From positions 248,001 through 312,000 of IMG/VR virus record IMGVR_UViG_3300020172_001601: 64,000 nucleotides of DNA. One strand, 5' to 3'. Each line of letters begins with the position of its first letter. Within the stretch, counting starts at the first letter, position 1. A model generated the notes under the pieces. The model was not told where the DNA came from. It was given only the letters and a program-made list of their open reading frames with translations, and searched no databases. Shown piece by piece: positions 10,247-20,176 of this stretch. The translations under genes and the position numbers were made by a program.

Positions 10247-11568
10247 TACTTCACACCACGATTCACAAGATTAGATACAACAACCGATACCTTAGACCCC
10301 TCACCATCAGGCTCAAATTGTACCGATGTCCCATAATGATTCCCGCCACCTACCATATACACAATCTTGACATAGGTGCTGTTCGCCTTGACCTCAATAA
10401 CCGGCGATGATCCCACCTTGGCACCTAACTTCCTGCCCGGACCCTCACCCGTCACAAAATCCTTCCCAATCGCAGAACTCCAACCCGGAGATGAATCAGC
10501 CTGCAACAATGAACGATAAGCCGGAATCGTGTCAGCACCACCCGTAACCAATAACTCCAGCAATGCCGCAAACTTCTTAGGCTTGTTTGTATAATTCGCC
10601 TCTGCCGCTGCTTTCATCTGATCCAACAAATAGGCACGCTTCTCTGCCGCCTCATACAAAGGATTGCTGCCCATGTCCTTCATCGTCCTCAATACCCGAC
10701 GACCAGCACCCAATACAGATAATGCCTTCAATGGCCCTAAACTACGAACATCCACCTGAGTCTCCGTCACCGCCTTCAAACTGAATCCAACGTCAGATCG
10801 CATCCCAGGCAAATACTTCTCACAACCAATACGCAAATCTGCCGTATCTGACTTCAATCGAGCCGAATACTCTCCACCATCCCCACCCGTAAACTCAATA
10901 GAATCCACCACACATTGTCGAACTAATGCCATCGCCTTGCTGTGAATCAAATTCCCCATGCCCGTCTTGCCAGTCGCATGTTGCTTAATGAACTCAACCA
11001 CCAAACGACCTAAATTAGCCCCAACCTTGCCAGTAATCACACCACCTAATCTAGCCTGCTCCTGTAAGGCCCACGCTAAATCCTTCTGCCCCACAGCCTT
11101 TAACTTGAACGTCTGAACTAAAAAAGCAAATACCTCAACCTCAAACAATAAACCCATCTCCTTGCCCACTAACTGAGGTATCGAACGACGACCAGCATTC
11201 ATCCCCTTCTCAAATGCCGACGTGTCCTTGGCGTTCCAACCTAACCCCATCCCAGCCGCAGCCTGAACCGCTGCCTTGCCCTTCCAACCCTTCTCCGTTA
11301 CCTCGCCCAATAAAGGCCCAGAATGAGCCACAGAAGCCGCTAAAGCCATAGGTGCGACAGAAGACGCACCCACAGGAGAAACAGGCACAGAAGGCGTTAC
11401 AGGAGCTACAGAAGCTAAAGAACTGATAGAGACTGAGATGTAACCCTCAGATGGACGAATAGAAGCGGCAATACGAGACATAAGACCGGACATCCATGAG
11501 GCAACCTCACTCATCCCGCCCTCAGATGCTCCTAACCATTCTTTGAAATTACTCATGTTTTGTCTCAA
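10246..11568 (-). CDS. Hypothetical protein with N-terminal SNFKEWL motif (putative virion internal protein)
   Basis: 440-aa ORF; motif resembles T4 capsid-targeting sequences. Confidence 0.65.
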   Translation of the reverse strand: MRQNMSNFKEWLGASEGGMSEVASWMSGLMSRIAASIRPSEGYISVSISSLASVAPVTPSVPVSPVGASSVAPMALAASVAHSGPLLGEVTEKGWKGKAAVQAAAGMGLGWNAKDTSAFEKGMNAGRRSIPQLVGKEMGLLFEVEVFAFLVQTFKLKAVGQKDLAWALQEQARLGGVITGKVGANLGRLVVEFIKQHATGKTGMGNLIHSKAMALVRQCVVDSIEFTGGDGGEYSARLKSDTADLRIGCEKYLPGMRSDVGFSLKAVTETQVDVRSLGPLKALSVLGAGRRVLRTMKDMGSNPLYEAAEKRAYLLDQMKAAAEANYTNKPKKFAALLELLVTGGADTIPAYRSLLQADSSPGWSSAIGKDFVTGEGPGRKLGAKVGSSPVIEVKANSTYVKIVYMVGGGNHYGTSVQFEPDGEGSKVSVVVSNLVNRGVK

Positions 11569-11909
11569 TTAAAAGTTCTCCCAAAACCTCAATTCTGCCA
11601 ACCAATTTTTGAAATTTGGATTGATCCACTGTTTCAATTTCATTTATGTAAGAATGAAGTTCAAAACAGAGCTTTTTGTATTCACTCTTCATTTCTGCTG
11701 CTTTTAATTGACCCTTTGAAGCCTTCTCGTAATATGGCAACTTTACACGAAAATGGTCATGTGTCAGCAATGCAACACCACCCTTTTCCTTCGCCATATC
11801 CGAAATCTTTTTCGCACCCTCAAGCCTCTTTTTTGCAAATGATTCCAACTGGTCCTGATTTTCATTTAGCAAACCACTTAGCCTAAGTGTGTGTTCATTT
11901 ATTTCCATA
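11549..11909 (-). CDS. Hypothetical protein
   Basis: GAGG RBS before MEINEH; ORF track 11549-12013. Confidence 0.6.
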
Positions 11910-11922
11910 TTCCTCACCATGA

Positions 11923-12225
11923 TTAACAGTTCCAACGGTCTAATGCAGCGCCCTTTGCTGTTTTCTTGCCGTCTCTGGACGTAGGACCAGAAACACCACT
12001 CATCCTGGCACAAAAACTCTTACGTCTTTTGGCCTTTTTAGAATCAGGGTCCAATTTGGATGGAGCGTCGGTAACAGGTGGCTTCAAATTAGCACCTTCT
12101 TCCCTCTTAAACTTAGCACGACCCTTGGCATTTAAGCCGCCTTCCTTGCTGTGCCTGTCTGGATCGTAACCATGAAAAGGCTTTTCTCCCTCCATCATCT
12201 CTAACCATTCTTTGAAACTTTCCAT
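11923..12225 (-). CDS. Conserved phage basic protein (DUF6321-like)
   Basis: GGLNAKGR...NLKPPV...RRKSFCARM...RWNC pattern, recalled from phage proteins. Confidence 0.6.
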   Translation of the reverse strand: MESFKEWLEMMEGEKPFHGYDPDRHSKEGGLNAKGRAKFKREEGANLKPPVTDAPSKLDPDSKKAKRRKSFCARMSGVSGPTSRDGKKTAKGAALDRWNC

Positions 12226-13641
12226 TTAACGACCTCGACTCATTCTTATTTGATCTCGTACAGCATTAGCCTTTCTCTGAATTTCAGCTAATTCATCAGG
12301 ACTTAATCTGCTGGCTGGCCCACCATCATATAACCTGCCTTTAGGCAATGTTCCAGTCGTGTCAACGCCCGGTTCCTCTAATCCCGCAACAGGCTCCCCA
12401 ATATGACCGCCCCAGAATCGACCCGATGATTGCTGACTCGATGTCCCAGGAACATATTTGCCCGCTGGTGTATCAACTATGCTCTGACCAAGTTTAGTTG
12501 TCCCAGGACCACCAGGATTCGGATCAACCCAGCCAGTTGTCCCATCAGGACTAGAATAATGACCCTTGCCCTGAGATAAAAATCCCTTATCGACATTAGC
12601 ACCAGCATCAACAGCCGGACCAGCATCAACACTAGCAGTATCAACTCCCACCGAGGCAGCTACAGAATCTATCTCCTGACCCGACACAACTCCCGAATCC
12701 TTCAACCCACCAATCGCCTGAGATGCTATCCCGTCACCACCAGTCAAAGAACCATAGGCCATCCCAACGCCCGCTCCCAATAATGCCCCTACACTAAACA
12801 AAAATGCAGCCTTGCCTATCGCTAACTTGTTCTGAGATGCAAATTGAGATAAATCCCTAAACGAAGTCTTCAAAAGACCACCAACCTGACTCGATCCACG
12901 CTTCGCCTTGCCAGAGACATAACCAGCAGCCTTGCCTATTGCACCACCAACTTGATCCGCTCCCTTGTCCTTCCAATAATTGCCAGCCTGCTTAATCTTG
13001 TCCCCAAACCAACCCTCATGCAAATCCCGTAAATCCTTGTAGTCCTCGAAACTCGTCCATGATCGCTGTAAACCAGATACCCGACCACCATTCCAATCAG
13101 CACTCCCAGGTAATATCAATCGACTAGGCTGAGATGGAGCAGCAGGAGTAGCCGCAACAGGCGCAGGAACAGGAGCCGCAGCCTTCTTGCCAGTCAATCC
13201 AAGTTTTTCCGCACCCTTGTCAAATGCCTTGCCCGCAACATTATTGACCTGCTTGCGAACAAAATATAACAAGGCAGCAAATGGCACAGCCCCAGGACCA
13301 CCCACAAGACCAGCCGTGATTATGGCAGTCGCAAGTGTCAATGGTATCCCTAACTTCTCAGAATACTGCTTCGCTACACCACTCGCCTTCTGAATGGCAG
13401 GCAATACCTTAGATGAATACTTCTCGTAATCCTCGCCACGCTCTTGAGGAACCGAATTCTTTGCATATTGACTCTGAAACCCCTGCTTCATCGAATCAAA
13501 GAATCCTTCATCCAGATCACGATGGGCAATATAAGCCCTGAATCCCTCAGAAGCTACACAATTAGGCACTGTCTTGCCACCCTTTTTCTTAGAACCAACC
13601 ATCTTATAGCCAGTCCAACATGGATCGTTTTTCATTACCAA
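12226..13641 (-). CDS. Putative virion internal/membrane-associated protein
   Basis: N-terminal PCWTGY...VPNCV phage motif; two F..Y...DLxEG repeats; two hydrophobic segments. Confidence 0.65.
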   Translation of the reverse strand: MVMKNDPCWTGYKMVGSKKKGGKTVPNCVASEGFRAYIAHRDLDEGFFDSMKQGFQSQYAKNSVPQERGEDYEKYSSKVLPAIQKASGVAKQYSEKLGIPLTLATAIITAGLVGGPGAVPFAALLYFVRKQVNNVAGKAFDKGAEKLGLTGKKAAAPVPAPVAATPAAPSQPSRLILPGSADWNGGRVSGLQRSWTSFEDYKDLRDLHEGWFGDKIKQAGNYWKDKGADQVGGAIGKAAGYVSGKAKRGSSQVGGLLKTSFRDLSQFASQNKLAIGKAAFLFSVGALLGAGVGMAYGSLTGGDGIASQAIGGLKDSGVVSGQEIDSVAASVGVDTASVDAGPAVDAGANVDKGFLSQGKGHYSSPDGTTGWVDPNPGGPGTTKLGQSIVDTPAGKYVPGTSSQQSSGRFWGGHIGEPVAGLEEPGVDTTGTLPKGRLYDGGPASRLSPDELAEIQRKANAVRDQIRMSRGR

Positions 13642-15041
13642 TTGTCTCCAAATAAACTAGGCTGCAATGCAGCATTACGACGCTTCTTAGCCTTCTTGCC
13701 ACCTAATTCCATACGCTGCTGAATAATCGAACGAATATGGTCAGGGTCAACAGTACCACCAGCACCCAATGCAGGCGATAAATAATGCAAGGCAGTCGGC
13801 TGACTACCTAAATTCTGATCCAATGACCGACCATCCGGCCCCTTGCGGAACTTAACCGCACGAGCAGCTAATTCCTGCGGATCAGTCACCAAAGAAGCAG
13901 GCTTCTCAATCCCACCACGAGAATACAAGTTGTAGAAGTGCTTCAAAGCATCATCCGGGTCCATCAATGAATGCGTAGCCGATGCACCCATCCCCAACTT
14001 GCCACCAGCCAATGGCACCATCACACCACCACGATCCTTCCCAATACCCAACTTCGGTATCTTGATCCCCTTCATGGAGTCATACTCAGGAGCATCCTTG
14101 TCCAATGCCCCACCCTGCATGTCGTAATACCCCTTGCCGTGATGAGTCACCATAACATACATGGTTTCCACGAAATCAACCCACACATCCCATAACTGCT
14201 TAGTCCCAATGCCACGGGAAGATAATTTGTTCAATGTTTGCACATATCGCTCTGCCCCACCCTTCGGCTTACCCCATGACTTCTCATCGAAATCACCAGC
14301 CTTGTCCATGTCCGGGAATACTTTGCTATAAATGTCAATGTTGTGAGTGTCAATACAGCCAGCACGTCCCCATAACAATTGAGCAATAAACCCAGCCTTA
14401 ACCGGCTGAACTCCCTTAATCATGGATAAACGCTTAATCAACTGCGTGTCGTCACCACCCTTGGCTATTCCATTTAGTTCATGAAATAGATTGTCCTTGT
14501 TAGACCAAATGTCCGCAATAGTGTCTAACTTGAACCCACCAATCGTATGGGCCAAAGCATGATACTTGTCACCAAATGAATCCACAGCATGTTCAATCTC
14601 CTGACGAGTCACCCGCTCAGGGAACTGATGCTTCAATATCGCCATCAGCATGTAATAGTTGTCCCAATGCTTCGCAAATGGCACATTCGCAGACAATGGA
14701 CTAAACATTAACACCTGAGCGAAATTGGCCGGGGAACTCTTGGCAAATGCCTGAATAGCCCCAATGTGAGAAGCATATCCAGATAATGGCGTAATCTGAC
14801 ACGATCCACCCTCGTCACCCACTAACTTGTCTACCTTCTGCTCAGGATCGGCACCAGCATCCTCGTCCCCAAATAAATTGGGATCGCCACCCTTCTTAGG
14901 CGTAAAATCCATCCCAGCTAACTGCCTGCGATTCACTCGCCCCTCATTCAACCAAGAGGATACCTCAGACATCAATGAGGAAAGAATGTATCCCCCAAAT
15001 GCCTCGTCGTCACTCATCCACTCTTTGAAATTACTGGTCAT
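13635..15041 (-). CDS. HhH-GPD/glycosylase-superfamily-like protein
   Basis: KGVQPVKAGFIAQLL...CIDTHN resembles HhH followed by catalytic Asp; N-terminal SNFKEWM. Confidence 0.5.
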   Translation of the reverse strand: MTSNFKEWMSDDEAFGGYILSSLMSEVSSWLNEGRVNRRQLAGMDFTPKKGGDPNLFGDEDAGADPEQKVDKLVGDEGGSCQITPLSGYASHIGAIQAFAKSSPANFAQVLMFSPLSANVPFAKHWDNYYMLMAILKHQFPERVTRQEIEHAVDSFGDKYHALAHTIGGFKLDTIADIWSNKDNLFHELNGIAKGGDDTQLIKRLSMIKGVQPVKAGFIAQLLWGRAGCIDTHNIDIYSKVFPDMDKAGDFDEKSWGKPKGGAERYVQTLNKLSSRGIGTKQLWDVWVDFVETMYVMVTHHGKGYYDMQGGALDKDAPEYDSMKGIKIPKLGIGKDRGGVMVPLAGGKLGMGASATHSLMDPDDALKHFYNLYSRGGIEKPASLVTDPQELAARAVKFRKGPDGRSLDQNLGSQPTALHYLSPALGAGGTVDPDHIRSIIQQRMELGGKKAKKRRNAALQPSLFGDNW

Positions 15042-15465
15042 CTTCTTCAATCCCCTTTGCTGTTGGCAGAATAATTGCATGCGCCCGTCCCACACCGTCT
15101 ATCCCAGCCAGTAACTCCCGATCAAATGCCGCCTTCATCTTCGGATAACGGAATGCAGATGCCTTCTCCCGTGCCTTCGCAAAGATGTCCCGTAATTGAC
15201 CGTGAATCCCCTGTAAACTCTGAGCAGATTGTGCTATATCTGGATCAATAGGCTTAGTTTGACTAGAACCAGGACGATAATCCACCGTCTTGTCCGACAT
15301 AGCATTGTCAGTCGATGCAGAACCCCTAGCCGCCATAGCAGCCTGACTCTGATCCGATGGAGTGTACCGAGATGGCACATACTCATGCGTCTTGTCCGGG
15401 TCGTAAACTTGAGCCGGAGCAGCTTGTAACTCCAACCATGTGGTGAATGATCGTATTTTTCCCAT
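15031..15465 (-). CDS. Hypothetical protein
   Basis: N-terminal RSFTTWLE motif; first gene of the minus-strand cluster. Confidence 0.6.
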   Translation of the reverse strand: MGKIRSFTTWLELQAAPAQVYDPDKTHEYVPSRYTPSDQSQAAMAARGSASTDNAMSDKTVDYRPGSSQTKPIDPDIAQSAQSLQGIHGQLRDIFAKAREKASAFRYPKMKAAFDRELLAGIDGVGRAHAIILPTAKGIEEDDQ

Positions 15466-15511
15466 ACGCTATATAGAGAAAGATTAAAGAAATGACCACT
15501 CAATATATTGG

Positions 15512-15745
15512 AAGCCCAGCTATCTCCACAAGCTATCTCCACAAGGATATAGCCCCAGCTATCTCCACGAGCTATATCCTCAAGCCCAGCTATCTCTGCG
15601 CAGAGTATTCCACAAGCTAAATCCAGAGCTATGTCCCAAGCCGCCCACCCACACCCCAGCTTGTGAATGCCTCATGACCTAACGTGTGAAGCACCACTAC
15701 CCTAGTGTGTGAAGCCCTATAGAGACGCTATGTGAAGCCCTCACC
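15512..15745. repeat. Iteron-like short direct repeats (AGCTATCTCCACA-type, then TGTGAAGC-type)
   Basis: About 6 imperfect agctatctccaca copies in 15518-15640; tgtgaa(g)c x4 in 15662-15741. Confidence 0.65.
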
Positions 15746-15843
15746 ACTAGCGCCCCAGGTATTAAAAGACGCTATTAACGAAAAAAGGGGCCAATTTAAG
15801 GCCCCCTTACGCAATCCTCAACAATACCTGAATCAACCACCAC

Positions 15844-16674
15844 TCATTCCCGGAAAGCCCGCAAATGCCCCTGAACCTTCTCCTCAATACTTCCAGGCAA
15901 TACACCAATTGAATCCCATGTGAACAACTTACCAGAGGACTTGGTGTTTTTCATTATTTCCTCAATCACCTTATCCCATCGCTCCATCAACCGCTGGCCA
16001 CTCTCCTTCTCCACACGGCACTTCTCCAATTCAGCAGCAACCTTCAAATAACGCACCATAATCATGTTGGCACTGTCACAATCCAGTGTGGGATCACATA
16101 ACTGGTCATTCATCTTGTCCCATTCATTAAACAAATAGGCAAACCTCGCCTCCAATTGAGCCACCCGATCCTTCATCGCCATGTAATCCCCATTAGGCAT
16201 AGGCTCCAACTCAGGCAACTCCGGCCTGCTCTGGTCTGTCTCACCAGTTAATATGCCACGCAACTCACCAAACCCCACCGTGTCCTGCACATCACAGGAT
16301 CGACGCAAGGAACGCTCCGTTGGACCCATCTTGCTGCCTTGTGTTTTCATCTTGATGACCTCGAAAGCATATAAAGATTCAGGGTTGATACCCAGCCACT
16401 TAAAATACCCAATCTGATTTCCTAACTCCTTGGCATTCACTGATAAACCATATAACTTCCCGCCAGAATCCAAAGACAACCGAGAGTCATGCGGCCAATC
16501 CCACTCCTGAAACCCACGAGGAGGCATCTGGTGAACCAGTAATATGTCACCGTGATCCAGCGATAACCGATGTATTAAATCAGGTGATAATGCCCAATGA
16601 GCGGCTGTCTTGAAACACACCACCATCCCCCGATTGTGTGAAGATACCAAACCACGATATGTCGCTAAATTCAT
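15844..16674 (-). CDS. Hypothetical protein
   Basis: GAGGGG RBS; C-terminal coiled coil. Confidence 0.65.
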   Translation of the reverse strand: MNLATYRGLVSSHNRGMVVCFKTAAHWALSPDLIHRLSLDHGDILLVHQMPPRGFQEWDWPHDSRLSLDSGGKLYGLSVNAKELGNQIGYFKWLGINPESLYAFEVIKMKTQGSKMGPTERSLRRSCDVQDTVGFGELRGILTGETDQSRPELPELEPMPNGDYMAMKDRVAQLEARFAYLFNEWDKMNDQLCDPTLDCDSANMIMVRYLKVAAELEKCRVEKESGQRLMERWDKVIEEIMKNTKSSGKLFTWDSIGVLPGSIEEKVQGHLRAFRE

Positions 16675-17271
16675 CCCAATCCCCTCATGATATTAACACC
16701 AGATGGCATCCTACCAAATCCAGGCAACTTTCCCAGACCAACCCCAGGCTCCGGCAACAAAAGCTCCAAAAACACCCTTTTTTCATGTCGGACGTAAACC
16801 CAATGTGTGAAGGCACTTAGGACACGTTGATGGGAAGTGATGGATTTTAGAGGTAGGAAGGGCCTAGCCAGCCTTTCATTGTGTCCTTTATTCCCCCATA
16901 TCCCCCAGGGAAAAAGTTCCAGAGGCGTATTTGATGAATATTGGAAAGAAAATGTATATCGTTGTGAAGCGATATATGAAAAACAAAAAGAAATGTGTGA
17001 AGGGAAAAGTATCCAAGGGGATCATGATATATTCAGGACCAACTAAGGACACAATAAGGCAACGATATATTTTTCAATATTGAGTTCTAAGGTAACGCTG
17101 CCTTATCTTACCTTTAGTTTTTGTTAGTTGCCCTTGATTGCCTTTTGATTGCCTTCGCTGACTTTGTTGCCTTTTCGTCCTGGATCGCCGCCTTTAGTTG
17201 ACTATTGTTGGCTTTTGGCCATTTAGGTCTATTGTACCCTTGCTTTTAGCCAATGGATGATTGGTGTGCCG

Positions 17272-17308
17272 AAGGGAGCAGTTAGGGGAACCGACTGCTC
17301 CCTTTTTT
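17272..17308 (+). terminator. Intrinsic terminator
   Basis: gggagcagtt...gactgctccc followed by T6. Confidence 0.8.
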
Positions 17309-17535
17309 GTTGCATAACGGGTACAAATGAGGTCAGGTCTATTGTACCCTAGCGGGCTGTTCGTATTTTCGGGTTTGGTTGGAGTCAGCGATGGTCACAT
17401 GCTCATATTGTGGTGGCAAAGGATATGACGTAAAGGACGTGCCGGGGACGAGCAAGCAGTGTCCTGTTTGCAAGGGTTCGGGAGAAGTGAAGCGTTAGGT
17501 CTGGTGTACCCTGGGAGTTGTCGGAAGAAATCGAC

Positions 17536-17565
17536 TTGAACCAAACATGGGTTTGGCTCTCTAGG
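17536..17565 (+). promoter_or_regulatory. Second motif class TTGAACC-N14-CTCTCTNGG (also at 19917, 20581, 24581)
   Basis: Four copies with an identical 14-nt spacing and unrelated spacer sequences. Confidence 0.75.
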
Positions 17566-17583
17566 TGTTTCAGGAGACAATAA

Positions 17584-18681
17584 GTGCTGCAACAAAACCA
17601 ACGCATCTTCTTCGGCCCGAAAGACCCTTGGGGTCATACGGAGCCGAGTGAGGAGCAACGTCGGGAAGCTGTATCCCGGACGAATGTGGCTTCGCCGTTC
17701 GCCAAGTTCATTGGGAACGACAAGGCTATTCGTAAATTGCAAACCGCTGCGTACAAGGCATTGGGTCAGTTCAACCATATGATGCGGGATTTGGCATTTG
17801 CCATTTTTGGCCCGTCATCGGCTGGGAAGACCACCATTGCCCGGTTGTATGCTGAGGTTGTGGAGCTTCCGTTTGTCGAGATCAGCCCGAAGGCGATCAA
17901 GACGGTGGACGATTTGTTCAAGGAAATCAGTCGGGTATTGGCCGAAGCTGGCCTGCCGCTGGTGGAAGTGATTCGTCGTGGTCATTACGTTCTGCCTCCT
18001 GTGGTCATCCTGATTGACGAAGTTCATGCTTTGTCGGATGGGGTTGTGCAGGGGTTGCTGAAGGCAACGGAATACAATGACGCAATGATGGCTACGGAAT
18101 CGGGCAAGACGGTGAACACCCACAATGTAACGTGGATGATTGCCACGACCGATGAAGGGAAGCTATTTGATGCTTTCCGTACTCGGTTCAGCCCGGTGAA
18201 CCTGAAGTATTTGGGCAAGGCCGATGTTGCCAAGATCGTTAAGCTGGCGAACCCAGATTTGAGCGATGATGTGTGCAGCATGGTTGCCCATTACAACAGC
18301 CGTATTCCTCGCAAGGCATTGGAATTCGCCCGGTATATGCGCCTGGTGAAAGATATGTCAGGCGGGACGTGGGAAGAGGTTGCCCGGCAGGTGGCCGAGG
18401 ATGAAGAGATTGACGAGCATGGGATGCACGCCGTCCATCTGAAGATTCTTCGGGCATTGGGTCAGGGGCCGATTGCCCGGAACCGTATTGCATTGGTGGC
18501 TGGGCGTAAGGATGAAGAGGTTGAGAAGTTCATCCTGCCTTGGTTGTTGACTGAGACTGACGATCAGGCCGCTTTGGTGACTGTATCCAGCAAGGGCTAT
18601 ACAATTACTGAGGCTGGGCTTGCTGAGTTGGAACGGCGGGCGATCAACCACAAGGGCGAGAAGGCTCTTGTGGCGGCTTAG
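17584..18681 (+). CDS. ruvB: RuvB-like AAA+ ATPase (Holliday junction branch migration)
   Basis: FIGN, GPSSAGKTT, IDEVH, ATT..G.L...RTRF, PRKA sensor, C-terminal wHTH with GP...E....PWL...KG..IT; order matches RuvB. Confidence 0.85.
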   Translation: MLQQNQRIFFGPKDPWGHTEPSEEQRREAVSRTNVASPFAKFIGNDKAIRKLQTAAYKALGQFNHMMRDLAFAIFGPSSAGKTTIARLYAEVVELPFVEISPKAIKTVDDLFKEISRVLAEAGLPLVEVIRRGHYVLPPVVILIDEVHALSDGVVQGLLKATEYNDAMMATESGKTVNTHNVTWMIATTDEGKLFDAFRTRFSPVNLKYLGKADVAKIVKLANPDLSDDVCSMVAHYNSRIPRKALEFARYMRLVKDMSGGTWEEVARQVAEDEEIDEHGMHAVHLKILRALGQGPIARNRIALVAGRKDEEVEKFILPWLLTETDDQAALVTVSSKGYTITEAGLAELERRAINHKGEKALVAA

Positions 18682-18799
18682 GAAAATATCAACACGCTGC
18701 ATATTGGGCGGTAGTACCTGGGGGACCAGCGAATCATCGGTGTCGAGGCCGACGTGTTGACTTTAGGTCTAGTGTACCCTGGCTGTCGGAGGAACAACA

Positions 18800-19270
18800 A
18801 TGAATACCAGAGTTGAAAAGCTGACGGCCAAGGTTGCTGCGGTGAATCGGGCCAACGAGTATGCGGCACGGTTATATGCTGCACTCGTCGAGAAGTTTGC
18901 CCCATTGGTTGGGCAGAAGATTCTCAAGGTAGATGGCACGCTGCTCGCCAAGTATGAGGGGCTGGTGCCGGTGCTGCCTTGTTCGCCCGATCTGCACGTT
19001 TACCGGCATTCGTCCGACTATTCGTTGGCGTGGACTGTGAAGACCTGCGAGTTCATGCCGCCGCATAGCTGCATGTACCATGAGGTTACGGTTTATGTCG
19101 GCGATCTTCGGGGTGCGACCTTGGAGAAGATGACTGTCCATCCGTTCACGGGTCGCACGGATTATTCTGTGGAAGAGATCACGGCGAAGCGGTTGTCGTA
19201 TGAGTCGGCGAAGCGGGTGGCCGATGAGCTTCGGGGCGAATTGTATCCTTTTGGGGAGGACGACCGATGA
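18800..19270 (+). CDS. Hypothetical cassette protein
   Basis: Motif, then GGAGG RBS. Confidence 0.8.
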   Translation: MNTRVEKLTAKVAAVNRANEYAARLYAALVEKFAPLVGQKILKVDGTLLAKYEGLVPVLPCSPDLHVYRHSSDYSLAWTVKTCEFMPPHSCMYHEVTVYVGDLRGATLEKMTVHPFTGRTDYSVEEITAKRLSYESAKRVADELRGELYPFGEDDR

Positions 19271-19410
19271 AGCGGATCAAGAAGACATATAAGACGCTCA
19301 AGCAGGCCGAGCGTTATCAGAACCGATTGTACAACAAATACAACTCGGTTCAGTTGGTTTCGTTTCCTCGATTCAGTGAGGACGGCGAGTACGTTTGGGA
19401 AGTGGCTTAG
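19267..19410 (+). CDS. Small hypothetical protein (47 aa)
   Basis: GGAGG RBS, ATGA overlap, stop is the motif TAG. Confidence 0.65.
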   Translation: MKRIKKTYKTLKQAERYQNRLYNKYNSVQLVSFPRFSEDGEYVWEVA

Positions 19411-19461
19411 GTCCAGTGTACCCTAGTGGGTGTTCGATTCAAAATCACACAGGAGAGTTCG

Positions 19462-19914
19462 ATGCCTTATGTTCCGAAGCACTTGGAGTTCTTGTCTCAT
19501 TCTGGAACTGCGGACGGCTGGCCCGCTGGGATAACTGAGGTTGGCAAGGAGTTTGCCACCAAGCGGGTTGCTGCTGGCTTGGAGAAGTATGGCCAGTTGA
19601 CGCTGGACACGGCGAAGGGTTGCATTTTCGATCATTACATTGACCGGGAGCCGGTGCCGGAAGAGTTGAAGGGTGTGACGTGGGATTGGTTGTATGGTGT
19701 GACGCATCGGGCGTTGCTGGCGGCATCAGCGCAGCAGGTGTGGGTGGCCGAGAAGTCTTACGTCAAGAAAAAGAAGACGAAGAAGGAATGGCATCCGGTG
19801 GCGGTGAGTCGTGCCGACGTTGAGGCACTGGAGACGGCGGGGACGGTGACGTTGGGTGTGACGGGTGAGCGGGTTCGGGCTTTGGCTGGTGTTCTTGGTC
19901 AACTGGTCAAATAG
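19462..19914 (+). CDS. Hypothetical cassette protein
   Basis: AGGAG RBS. Confidence 0.75.
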   Translation: MPYVPKHLEFLSHSGTADGWPAGITEVGKEFATKRVAAGLEKYGQLTLDTAKGCIFDHYIDREPVPEELKGVTWDWLYGVTHRALLAASAQQVWVAEKSYVKKKKTKKEWHPVAVSRADVEALETAGTVTLGVTGERVRALAGVLGQLVK

Positions 19915-20176
19915 CGTTGAACCAAACAACCTCTCAACTCTCTTGGGTATTGTAAGGGGTTGAGAGTTTACTTCGGATCGGTCAAACAGGGCGGGTGATC
20001 TTCGGACTGCCGCCGAGTTTTGTGAACGAGTAAAACATGCACTGGCCGTAGTTCGTGCGGGAGTGAGTCCCGCTTGGGTCACAGGACCGACCCTAGCAAG
20101 TGGTCCCTGCCAGTAGAACGCCGAACCGGGCAACAACCCATGCAATACACTTCTGGATTTTTTCTCTTCTTTTGTT

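Noticed and set aside
15512-15640. Canonical DnaA boxes
   Set aside because: Repeats end in CCACA but do not match TTWTNCACA; kept only as iteron-like.
15697-15712. Additional array motif copy (taccctagtgtgtg)
   Set aside because: Only the 3' half matches; the TAGGTC...TG part is missing.
19420-19432. Obligate hairpin ACCC-TAGT-GGGT (N4-type hairpin promoter or RNase site)
   Set aside because: Many copies break the pairing (agctggt, atatggt, agtgtgt, tgctttt) without compensation, while the Y|R position is kept.
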